NCBI RefSeq assembly: GCF_964204645.1
Contig: NC_134028.1
Span: forward strand, 5,704,001-5,768,000
Length of the DNA: 64,000 bases
Direction: 5' to 3'
DNA from: Tubulanus polymorphus
Taxonomy: Eukaryota > Animalia > Nemertea
Part shown: positions 25,401-37,600 of the stretch, piece after piece
Numbering within the stretch: position 1 is the stretch's first letter
How the letters are laid out: each line of letters starts with the position of its first letter
Position numbers and translations under genes: made by a program
Notes under the pieces: generated by a model
Databases searched by the model: none
What the model saw: only the letters and a program-made list of their open reading frames with translations
Told to the model about the DNA's origin: nothing

Positions 25401-28400
25401 TTCAGCTGCGCGGTGAAACCTCGTTGAGCTAATTCGATACGTAGAATATCCGCGTGAAGCTTCTTTATTTGTTCTTGTACGGCCGAGATCTGCAAGCCGT
25501 GGTCGGTCGAGGCCCGAGACGACATACTGTAATGACAAACGCGCGATACAAATCAAAATATAGCGTTCGAAGATTTCTTTTGAAACTTACAACTATTTTA
25601 CGGGCATTCAGTACCTGTTGATGTTAGAAGTAAAATGCTGATGCTGGGAATCGAGATCCTGAAATTACAAACATCAACAATAGGAAATTTCGTTCAATGC
25701 TTCAGAATTCATCGCACCATGCATCATGTCTTGATTCGAGCATTTGGATTCCAGAAAATTATGGCACACTCAAAATTTCATCCAATAAGTGAAATTACAG
25801 TAAACTAATCAGAATTCATCACACTATGAATTGAAGATTACAGTAAACTGTTCTCCTTACCACAATACGGTTATTGAGCACATTCAGTTTCAGTTGTAAC
25901 GTTTTCAAATCACTTTCCAATTGAGATTCCCGTTCAATCTGTAGGGGATAACATATTATCAAGTATAGATATTCATCGAATCGCAACTTCTTTTAAAAGG
26001 AGGAACAAACGATTATCTGCGGGAGCGGCTAACCTGCTTAACTAAAGTGTCCGATTGCTTCTCGTCAGCTTTTCTGGAATATGATGCCATTTCTCGCGCT
26101 AAAATGACCAGTATTTTCGCTTCTATTTGTTCTTCAGTGAGACCGACGAACTGATTTCTAGATATCGTGCGTTCGTATAACTGAAACACAATCAAACTTG
26201 ATGTAATTTTCTATCCAATAGACTGGGGCCAGTGTCCTGATACCCATCAATTCAGCTGCCCACGTATCAAAGTAAAATTTCGTAGAAATTACTTACATTG
26301 TTTGTATTTACAGCTGTTTTGCCTTGTGATAACGGCATAAACAAATAACCTTTCCTGTACGTTTCATATAAACCTGCAGCAGAGAATGTGACCGTTCAAA
26401 TCATAATAATCTTCGCATAACGGTGTTACGAACAATGGATATACATGATTTCGATATTTACCAAGTAACAAAAGAGGTAAGAGGAATAATAACAAGAATG
26501 GAAGCACTCCACAGCACCTTGACCTATCAGCTCGCCTAGAAATAAAGATAAAGGTACATAAGTAAATTCAATTCTAATATACCGGCAGATATTTACTGGG
26601 TACTAAAGATGCCACTTACTTTTGTAGTAGCCAGACATCAAGAGCAGTCCATTTAGCTACCAGCCAATACCAGTTAGCTGCAATTGAAAACAAGAGTACA
26701 TTCAGACAACAACTACCGGTACCAGATTTCTTTTCAGATTAAATCAAAAGCTATATCTATAATTTCACAAATTCTGTGAACGAGGAATAAAAATCCTGCT
26801 ATATATGGACGTTGAAAATCAATCTATACGCATGATTTACTTAATCTCTTATGCGGGAGGCTAAAAATCTAGATGAATTTGAAACGCACACTATCTAGCT
26901 GGACAGCTGGTGGCACGGGGTCTTAGGGAGATATGTCGTAGACATCAACATCCTAGATCTGAATGTCGTGAAAATGAACTAAACGCTCACCGAACGTGGC
27001 AGTTAGCCAGGTAAACAGCGTCGATCCAGCGATAGATACCGACGCGGCTGATAGAGACTGAGATATCGACGATACTAGTGATTGCGTAGTCGATGCTCCG
27101 GAGACGACTGTAGCGTCGGTGCTGCTACGACTGGTCGTGCGAATCAACTGCGAATCCGTATCTGATCCGTAATCATCCATATCACCGTCCAATCCTATAA
27201 TACAGAAAACATACAGACCAAATACAGAAGTGGACCAGTTGACATTGTCATGCTCGGAAAATCAGAAAATACGTAATACAGCATTGCCACAGTCGTGACT
27301 TAAGTCCAAAAGTGGTCTTAAATCTTAAGACTGGTTTTAAGTGGCTAGATTGGCTACAGAACTAAAATGGTCTCAGACTCAGTCTAAGCCATGACTATGC
27401 AACAGGGGCCAGTTGCATAGTCATGGCTTAGACTTAAGACCAGTCTAAGACCAACTTAGTTATATAGCTAATCTAACAACTTAAGACCAATCTTAAGATT
27501 TAAGACCACTTTTGGACTTAAGTCAAGACTCTGCAACTGGCCCCTGGGCCCTGATTTTTCCCACGTTATTACACTAATATCTCTAAATCTGAGGAATTTC
27601 TTAGTCCGAAATGTTAAGATTTATTCATTTCATATGAATCATGTATTGATCGAGAAACGCATGGTCATTCATTACATATCCGAATTTGCCCAAGTTTTCT
27701 AAGGCGAACAATTTTTCGATTTAAAAACTCGTACTTACCGTAACCGTGATCGATGGATCGCTTGTAGTCGACGTTGTTGTTGTTCATTTGATTCGTCGAT
27801 CCGATTCGACTGGAAAACACCGACGATGACACGCTGGTCGTGCTCGCGTTCGACATCACCTCTAAATCTTTATCCTCTATGATACCCAGCTGGTTTGTGT
27901 ATTGTTTCCGCGCGCTGCGTCGAACGGCCGATCTCGGCTGTTCGGACGACGCTCGACTCCCACCGCTATGAGGTATGCTGCTTGTATACGATTCAGCTGC
28001 AAAAACGAAAATATAACACTGTGAGATTTTAATTCAGACAGGACTGGGACCGGGGTATATGAAAAATCTCTTATTAACTTCTGTGTTCTCCATATGCTGG
28101 GATCAATTCTAAATGGGCTGCATTTATTGTTAAGAGTACGACATCATGACTGCTGAAGTAGCAAGGCTTTCAATCCCAAAAAATACAGAAACTTAAGCTT
28201 AATTTTGGTGTAATCTTCTATTTCTCGTAGGGGCAGCAGATATTACAAAAGGGGTGGCTGATTTTCAAAGGGTCACCCCTCTAAAACCTGTTGTGGAGAA
28301 CACTGCTTACTATAGTTCTTTTAAAATCTTATTCTACAGCTAAATGAAACATTTAAAATAAACTAATCCAACCAATCGGTGTTCAGCTTTTAAGGAATTC

Positions 28401-30331
28401 TAACTAGGATGGCATTGTAGACTGGGAGTGCCGGTCCCCCCTACAATGTTGAGGTTCCACAGTTCGAATTCTTGGAATAAAATAAACCTACTACCATGTT
28501 AATTCACAGTGAATTTTACTTACCTGATCTATATCTGTAAGACTGTTCGGACATCATACTAGCCGACATATCGCTGTTAGTGTTAGCGCGTCTGGTATTA
28601 ATACGGGCTCGAGACATGTTCGGCGGCGATACCTCCAGTACTATACTGTTTGATGAATACGCAGGCCTTAAATACAAAGCAACAATAAAATGAAACTCAA
28701 TTACAAAGTCCACTGATTTGAACTGAGACTACAGACTACTTGAGGGCTGTCCATTTAAAGATGTTCAAGGTCGGGGGTTTGTGATGCTTGGACTTTCGTG
28801 GACAAGGGGAAGTTTTGGATGTGTAAAAAAAACTGTGGTCCTGAGTGAATAAAACTGATTAAGTGAAGGAAAAAAAAACCCATTATTTTGCGTGACTGGC
28901 AATCTGATGTCTTTAATTGCTTTTTGACACGAGGTTAGTGCAATGAGTAGACGTCTTTTAGGGATATCGACTTTAAGGTTGCAAGACACTTACCCTTCAG
29001 CATATGTATATCCAGTTTTTGGCGATCTACAATTAGAAAATTTTCTCAATATTGAACTAATCGGAACATAATTTGTGCAGTGTTTAAGCAAGAATATTTT
29101 ACGTACATGTCATAAAGATCGTCGCTGAGTATGGTTCGCGCGACTGTTGACGTCGTACTGATCAGACTGACATCGCTGTGAACGAATACCGGCAGATGCA
29201 ACAGCGAACGCAAATCGGTTTGCGAACCTCTAGATTCTTGCGGGGAGCCCAGCGATGACGTCGACCTGTTTCGAAAATACGACAAAAATAATCAGTATCG
29301 AAGTCAATACAGTTAGTGTATTCGCTCATTCTTATGTATGTATTTCTGGACCATAGTATAGAATATTTCATACTAAGAATCAGAAATTAAGTCTGAAATG
29401 TTTCCTTCTTTTCATAGATGTTTTAACTACAGTAAACCCAAGACGGATCCGATCAACTCAGATAACAGTTTAACGCAAACGTGTGATCAAATTTGTGAAC
29501 TCTTCCTCCTAAAGCATTAACCATTCCTAGCATCATAGGGTCACCATACATATGCCCTATAGAGGCTCAACTAGCAGGTTGGTTAGTTTAAAAATTATGT
29601 AAATGTTAGTAAAAATGAATTATCTTGAAATCTATCATTGACCTGGGCCAGGTGCTAAGAAATGAAATTAAGATTTGCATGCAAAATATTTACAGAAAAA
29701 TAAAAACACAGATGAATTAGTTTCTTCCAAATTCATCAGAAAATATATTTCATGATTTGACTAACTTCTGAGTCTAGAGGGGTGCGGTATCTACCATTTC
29801 CCCTGCCGTTTGAAATAGAGTATGCCCTTACTTAGGTGCGTGACGGGATCTTGGCTCCTTGTCTTTCATCTAAGTCAAAATATTTGATGAGTTTAAAAAA
29901 ATCACATTTCCATTAGAATAGACGAATTCTGACTGATAAGCTTCTAAAGCATGCATACAGAACCAGCCACTAGGGATCACTGAAAGATCACTATTTATAA
30001 CACTATCTAACTGCCAACTCTATAGGTCTACGCAGTCCAAGTACCATCTATATAAAAAGAAGTTCGTTTTTATAAAGTGGTACCTGGGATACTGTAACCT
30101 ATCTTTCAGTTTGGATTCCCAGTTTTCATAACAGGCCCCTGTTGTGGTGGTAACAGCAAGATATTGAACATCCGATTGTGAAACTAAAGCCCAAGACTGG
30201 TCCGGTTACGAACAGCACAAAAAGAACTCACTTTCGACCACGGGTAGTGACCACCTTCTCCGTTATTTTCACAGAACGGTTAGTAGCACTTTTCGAAGTC
30301 TTTGACGTCGATTTCGATGAAGCAGGACTCC

Positions 30332-30367
<36 letters not shown>

Positions 30368-30503
30368 TTCTCATAACATGAGGCCGATGTCCCGACCTAC
30401 AGACGGATCTAGTGATCCTACCTGCGGCGTGATACGCTATACCATCGTCATCTTCACCGGAAGATGTACAATAAATACACGGGGAAGCAGGAGTCCCAAC
30501 CAT
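22438..30503 (-). CDS. SUN1: SUN-domain inner nuclear membrane protein, SUN1/2-like (~19 coding exons)
   Basis: C-terminal SUN domain (ADKTGMVDYALESSGGSIISTRCSETY, PGQCWAFAGTHG, FTMEHIPKSISPSGKIDSAPK, HGNEEYTCIYRFRVHG), TAG at 22440-22438. TM segment GVLPFLLLFLLPLLLLG (~26460-26515), coiled-coil exons, SUN1-like N-terminal TGYTYA...PPNMSR. Start uncertain (ATG 30503 or 30374); probable non-coding first exon ending at a donor near 32510. Confidence 0.9.
22932..23175. mobile_element. MITE with CGATCTAAG termini and GGGCAAGT internal repeats
   Basis: CCGATCTAAGCACTTGTCCGATTGCCCG...CTTAGATCGAACCCTG; a related inverted copy lies at ~15190-15334 in an IFT27 intron. Confidence 0.7.
27286..27546. 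mobile_element. Two MITE family A copies in inverted arrangement in a SUN intron
   Basis: 27403-27546 is a full copy (CAGGGGCCAGTTGCA...TGCAACTGGCCCCTG); 27286-27403 is its diverged reverse complement. Confidence 0.85.
30333..30365 (-). repeat. (CAG)10CAA tract encoding Q11 in the SUN 5' exon
   Basis: Directly visible; in frame with the exon ending at a GTGAG donor near 30230. Confidence 0.85.
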
Positions 30504-33500
30504 TTCCCTAACTCATTACACAGTCTATCGGTTCAAATTAGATCAAACTACTTTTCCCACACACACAACATACAATACTCAACCAGCCTATGGTGCCACC
30601 TGGTAGCCAAACTATAAAACACATCATAAGCTAAAAATTTCATCCATTTTCAGTTTTTTTCTTAATTTGTTAACATTCAAGCCCGTAGAAAATTACAATT
30701 CCGGGCAGAGAATGAGTCCATATGAATCAATGTTGAGCTGAGACATGTTGATAGATTAAATATAGAATGTGCTTAGTTATGGATAGATGGCAGCACTAGT
30801 AAAGAGATTTTGGAGGGTTATTTGACTGGTGAATGGCAATCAAGCAGCATGCCAAAATCTTCTACCATAACAATTAACACTCAAAACTACAATTTATGTG
30901 AATCGTAATTTGTTCTAGGGTCTCAGTTACATTATCTTAGTCATCAAAAAAGGCGATACAAAAAAAATATCAACCAATGTAAAAATGTGTAAAATTAAAT
31001 CTGTTTTTCTTGCTTGGTCAGCAGTCAAAGCTGTTCATGATAGTTGATGATATGATTGGTTTCAGTTTGGGATCTGGTAGCAGTGACCATCATCTTGATC
31101 ACCCGGGCATCCCCAGGAATTTTCAAAGGGGAAGGTATTTCTATAGGCCCCTAATTTAAAAGGGCCGAATCATCTTTACTAACATTAGGGCTTATAAAAT
31201 GAAAGAAAATTACTGCAAAATCATAGCGGCTTGACCTTAATGTTACGATATCGGAACAGACCGCATAACTTAGAAGAAATAGGCTGGTGAGCCTGTCTAT
31301 CATGGCTCATGACGCCTGTATCATAACAGTAAGTACCGGTACTACCACTCATAAGCTAAGACCAGCCTTCTAAGTTCTAGGCCTACTTGTTTTTACCCAA
31401 ACTGATATATTCATGATAATCATTGAATCTGACTGAGCTTGGTGATAGGCCTAAGGAAATTCCTGATGGATGGACTCTTCATCCAGACTCCACCCAAAAA
31501 ATTTTGAATTGAATGAAACAGAAAGAAGTTGCCAAAATCTCCAAATAATCTAATATAGTAAGTAGGCCTAGCTTTCACCAAGAATCTTAGTGTCTGATGT
31601 ACCACAGACACTAAGATGCGAACGACATTTTCTCGATACTTTTAGATCACTGCAGCTTTAAACCACCAGAAATCCAGTTTCACTAAACCGATTGTGAAAA
31701 ATAAACTATCGTTACAAACCTCATACATTCAGTTTTCTTATTATTATATTCATTTGGAGGTTCATTCATCATAGTCTGTGCTTGATGCGATATAAATACA
31801 GAAATAGCAAAAATGACACCATTTTTTCACTTTGAAACTAGGCATTGTAACACTGTAGTTCGTTAGCAACAAGACAACTTGAGCGATGCGTGTCTCATCG
31901 CTAAACAGCGCATCATTTTTGTATCTTAAATTTAATCGTACTAAAATCAGATTTATCGTCAAAATGTTATAATGAACAAACGTAAGACATCATAAGGTTA
32001 GTGTAGATAGTTTATTCATCAAAATCGGTTGTTTATTTGCTGAGATATCGCAGTTTGAACACGGACAAAAAAGCCGACCAAATTCTGGTCGGCAACTGTA
32101 CAGCGAATTTGAATGCACGCGTCTGGGTGGTTGGTTACACTAGGATCGTAGAGCGACGGAGATCACTGGTGGAGACAACCGCTGCCAGTGCTGGGTGAAG
32201 CCTAGCTAGGCCTAAATCTTCACAATAATAATCCTATTATTCGGCCCACTGAAAGTCAGGAAGTGGCTACACACATAAAGCAAAAAAGTCAATTCAACAT
32301 AAAAGGCCAAAAAATTCATTTCAATCAATAATCGATACGACACCGAAACTGCGAAAGGGAAAGAGGCAAGAAGAACTTGAACTTTTGAAATTGAAGAAGG
32401 CGAAGAAATTTGAAACGAAGGAATTCAAGAAGACAGTCATCGTCAACGAACTGCCAAGACGTATCAAACACATTCCCCAAATAGCTAAATCTAATTTAGA
32501 TCACACTTACCGTTGGTTCTTTAAAGTGTGCACTCGATAATATCTTGAGAGGTGCTTAGATCCTAAAAATCACCGTGAAAACAACTCAACCGTGAAAATT
32601 TCAACACAGCCTAATCGCCACCATTTTAAAATGCGCTCACCACGCGCGCGCCTGGATATTCGTGGTTTGAAGATAGAGCTGACACAATCATTCGAAAATC
32701 AGTACCATATATCAAAATTTGGGCCATATAAAATTCAAATTTACACAAATTGTCAACAATGAAGAGTTAATTATTGAAAAATTGCAAATAAATCAATGAA
32801 TAAGAAATGAGCGCTACTTTTTGAAATTGTTCTACGTAGGTGGCGGCATCGTACGGTCCTAAATGACGTCGGGCCGTCTATTTGATTTATTCCCGTTTTG
32901 CATATCGGGCGCATTATTAATATGATAAACTGGTTCATACGCCCCAATGGTCAAACGATCTGAAATGACACCAGACTGTCTCTTTTTATTCTTGTTTTTT
33001 TGCTTTTACGTCTTGGGCGTCTCGTCGTTTAAACGTCATGCTGGCCCGGCCATGAGTCAAACCCAGCAAATCTTTGCCGAATTTTTAGGACGATCGCCAC
33101 AGAGGATGGAGGTTCCGAGATCATATCCTCGCAGGCACCTTAGAGATCAACACATATAGAAGTTGCTCGGGTCAAACAATTTTCTTTTTTTCCTGATTTT
33201 TTTCATAAATCAATCAGTTTAGTGCCGGATTTTGACGGTTTTCCACTTATTCTCGACATAATCGATTGATTACCTCTTCTATCTTTGGAGCACCGGCGCC
33301 AAGACCTGGCGCTTCAAATTTCTCTGATCCGGTGATTATTGCAAGCGTGCACACAGCCTTGAACAACGCATCACAGAACTATTTTAACCTGTGCCGTTTC
33401 GTCATATATGTCTTTTAAGACACAATTCCGAGAAGTTTCACGCCTGAGATAGAATTTACAGAAGATAGATGAATTTGGTCAATGAGAAAAACTTAACGGG

Positions 33501-34236
33501 AAAACATGCGGTTGATTCTCAGTGTTACACGTGTCAAACTTGATTGAAATGGATCGCATACGAACTTTACCCCGGTATTTGACACTATTTGTAGTGCGAC
33601 CCTCACCAGATCCCTTTTTCACCGAGATTTTTCATTTTCAACGAAAGAAACTCCATGGTCAAGAATCTCCAGATTTTTTCAATAGTTATTGAGGAATGTG
33701 TAAGTTTTCATTCGAGCCCGACATGCGAAATATATTGGAAAAAACGACTGTCAGACATAAAATATGATGTGGATTACTGTGTCGCAATGAATTGAATTCA
33801 TTGAGAACGACTTGATTATTCCCCGTTACCATGATATATCGAATAAAGATCTGTTTCTTCGTAACTCTCAACCTTTGAAAAGTCCTTTTATTACAGCATT
33901 TTGAAATGCCCCTGCCGGTATATGTCATTCTGTTGTTAGATTTATTGGAGCGGAAATAATCATTTATGGCTAGCACACTGCCTCTGTGTCGATGCAGCAC
34001 TTCATCAAGACTCAAAACGATGACAAAATGTCAAATGATGAACTTTAAATAACTCCGCCTTCTGCTGCATGTATAAATAGTTGACATTTTAAGGTGGGTT
34101 ATAGAAGACGCACCACGCGTGGCGGAGACGCGCCGCGTGTGATCTATTTTTATCAAGGCGGCTAAGCAGCGAGGACAAACCATAAAAATGGAGCTTTATC
34201 ACCTGCTATGCTTCTCATTCTCAGAAATACTTTTAT

Positions 34237-34402
34237 GGGAGCATTCATTTATTACGTACGCATAAAATTTGAAATTTCCAACCCCCCTCCCCCTCTGTAC
34301 GCAAAATCGGCTATTTTTTCATATACATTAAGCATTACAGTACGCAATTGCACTGACCCCCTCCCCCTCCCCTAATGCGTACGTAATAAATGAATGACCC
34401 CT
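34237..34402. mobile_element. Harbinger-like MITE with ~25-bp TIRs
   Basis: GGGAGCATTCATTTATTACGTACGCA...TGCGTACGTAATAAATGAATGACCCC; a decayed relative lies at ~10729-10884. Confidence 0.8.
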
Positions 34403-34504
34403 ATCATCAAGTTCAGAAAAGTGGGGAACAGCTTCTAGAACTTTCAAATTTGCCGTGGAAATTCAGTTCACGGTTTTGCATTGTCACCGAAATCGCGATT
34501 TACA

Positions 34505-34673
34505 TACAGTAAATCTCGCCTTAATCGGACATGCCCAACTCGCACCATCGCCTAACTCTCACAAAAACGAAGTAACTTTTGTGATTTACTTTCTCATTTT
34601 GCCATTTTGACTCGGACTTTGCTTACCCCGGACCAATTTGCCGGTCCCAGTTTGTCCGAGTTAGGCGAGTTTT
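34505..34673. mobile_element. pogo/Tigger-like MITE remnant
   Basis: TACAGTAAATCTCGCCTTAATCGGACA...TGTCCGAGTTAGGCGAGTTTT inverted ends. Confidence 0.6.
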
Positions 34674-37600
34674 TTTTTCGTATTTATACATTTCCTATTA
34701 TATTTGAATGTTATTCCACAAATTAGATTGGAACGACCCAGAAACAGCATCCTTTTTCAAACTTCTTGGATACCACGTTCGCTTACACATCATTCCATAC
34801 CATGTACGCCGAACTATTAGATTTATATATATTGCTATGAAATATGTAACCGCATTGCAGTGCCTCGATGCAGTAGCCTCGGGCACCAGATAATTCTACT
34901 CTACTTTCAAAAGAAACATAAACTTCACGCAAAAAATCGCCTCGGGCATCGCGCGCCGTCACCGACGTCGTTTAATTTGAATGTTTTTGCTTTAACATTT
35001 ATCCCCGTGCCTATATTGATTAGGTAGTTAAAATTGGTTAGTTTTAGGAGTGTCGGCGCATCGATAACCATACCCAGCAGGAGACATCATTCGTATACTT
35101 ATAGCATCGATATATCGTATCATAACAGCTGAAACCTATAGAGAAACACTTACACACGTACTTTAGAACAAGTTTTTTGCGACACACGCGCGCGATCGCA
35201 TGGCATTGTTATGGAAATTTTAGTAGTCCCAATTCAACCCAGAATAATGTCCGGACATATCTGGATAAACATTCGGTTCAAACAAAAATATAACCTTTCG
35301 AACATCTGGATCAGACATGAATTAAAAAAAAACAGCCTGGCGTCGAACCAGAAAAAAACGAGTCAAGTGAAAAAGTACATATTTCAACTACCTGCATGCA
35401 ATATCACTGCGTTGGATCACAGTCAGCTCCACATTAGACTCTCGAGCTATGCAATTTCAATTATATACGATATTTAACGAAATGGTGGTATTAGGTAGTG
35501 GGGTGACACTCCTTTAAACATTTCCGCCTGTCCTTCCTTGCCTTAATACGGTTATGGCCAACGAAACTCTTCACTTGTGAGATGCGAGTGTAGAGTTCTT
35601 CCGAGGATTGTTACTGCGTCGTCGAGACGGTAACGTAAACAGCATACGGCCCCGGAGCCTCCACCGCCCCTCCTCACATCGCCAAAGTTTTTTGCTTGTA
35701 GTTCGGAAGACCTCATCCGAACCTCCATACCTTTCTCCGGATTGGATGTGTGATATCAGCTACCGTTTCTGATGTTCCTCGTATTTAGAGCAGGTTCAGG
35801 TCAACAATGGGAGTGGGACATTTGCGATACAACACGTCCTGGAAGTGCTACTAAATCCCTAATGGAGAATTCATACTGATACAGATGACGTTTTGCGACG
35901 ATTCATAAAGAGGAAATTTCTCTACGTAACATAAGAAGTGTTTTACAATAACATACACACTGCAGTCATACAAGCAATTGAGCTACGAGCAATCATCTCA
36001 ACGATTCGGCTAGAATAAAGAAACCTCGTCTCCAAACTCAAAACGTACGGAAACGCTCGGAAAAAATGTTTCTGTCACAGATTTCCATGTTTCCCCGGGT
36101 TGTGTGCGCTGGGCTTAAGGTTCATCAGCCGAATTTGATGCATGTCTATTGTTGATTAGATCGTTAAAGACTTCTTATTCTTAGCGAGGAGACTCTTTCT
36201 TTCCCGAATTATCTTCCCCTTCCCGCTTTCCCCTCTCGGACGTTCGGTCGTTTTGGCACGTGTGAACTTGCTGAAAATCTACGACGAATTTAAAGTTTTG
36301 AACAAAGAAAATATTCAAACCATCGTTTATAAAAAAAAAAAACTTATTTAGTATGTATGGTTTGTTAGCGTGTAAGGACTCAGATATCAAATAAGAAATA
36401 TACAATGTACGAAATAGGCAACTAATGTTTCCCAATTGGAAATGTTAAAATAACACGACAATTTTTGCAATATGATATCGGAATGTATACATCGGCGATA
36501 GCCAAGTAGTTAAAACGGCAGCTGGTCTCATTGTTTGATCGTGTGGCCTTCCTCGACTCTTCTTGCTTTCATAGAAATACAAAGCGTATATTAATCTGCA
36601 CTCGTTGAAGTTCTTCGCGTGTGTCCAGGTGACAAATTCGCACACGAGAAAAATAACAAAAAAACGTAAAGATCGCTATTTTTAATTTCCCTTATAAGTT
36701 GTTTTTAGTTTTGCACGGGACGAAAACACATAAAAAGCGTATATGTAACCAAATGACGAAATGCAAAACTTTATCAATGCAAGCAGTTGACACAAGAACT
36801 ATCAGAAGATAGGTTCGAACGCGCATACATAAGACTAATTTATTTCCAAACATTTCAATTTAACGACGAAATGCAAAGCAGTTGACACGAAAACTTACTG
36901 ACGAAATGTAAAGCAGTTTTGATAGAAGTACTTCTATAGGTGCGATCCGAACGCGCATATTAGTTCATTTTCGAACATTCCAATTTGAGAATTCTGATGA
37001 ACTTTGAAGTAATATATTCTGTGAACGACAATTTTTGAGGCTGAATTGATGGGAAATTATTGAACACGTGCGTTGCGTGTGTGTGTGTGACCTCGACCTT
37101 TCCAGCATCGGAAAAAATTCCCACGAATCGCAGCTTCTGAAAAATCATATTCGCCCTGGAGCTCAGATCATCGAGTAGAATCTGGATACATCGAATGTGT
37201 GGATTAGTAATATTTTTAGCGAATTATTTTGTATATTGTTCGACAAGACACGCTTAAACCATAGTAACGGCGTAGTGTCAATCTATATATATATACATAA
37301 AGTAGAGGTGACCAGGTCACCAACGAAAATTAAAGGACTTATCATCATCAAAACATTAAACCTTTCATTTGATTTTTTGAACGTTATTTATTAACCGGTT
37401 ACCATTCCAAAATCAATGCCCACGTTTTGACATATATTATATGACTTACTAAGCCCATTTCGCTGGATGGATCAAGATATCTCGTCTCGGGTCCCGACTG
37501 AGAAATAGCCCCGATCCAGTCGAAAGAAACATGATGCACGTTTATCTTTTAACGTTTCAGCTCAATGAAAAGGCCGCCGAATCAAATTTTTCATTTAAAT

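Noticed and set aside
31762-31846. MPSFKVKKW resembling the RBX1/RNF7 N-terminus
   Set aside because: No AxWxWD or RING exons follow; it lies in repeat-like sequence in the probable first SUN intron.
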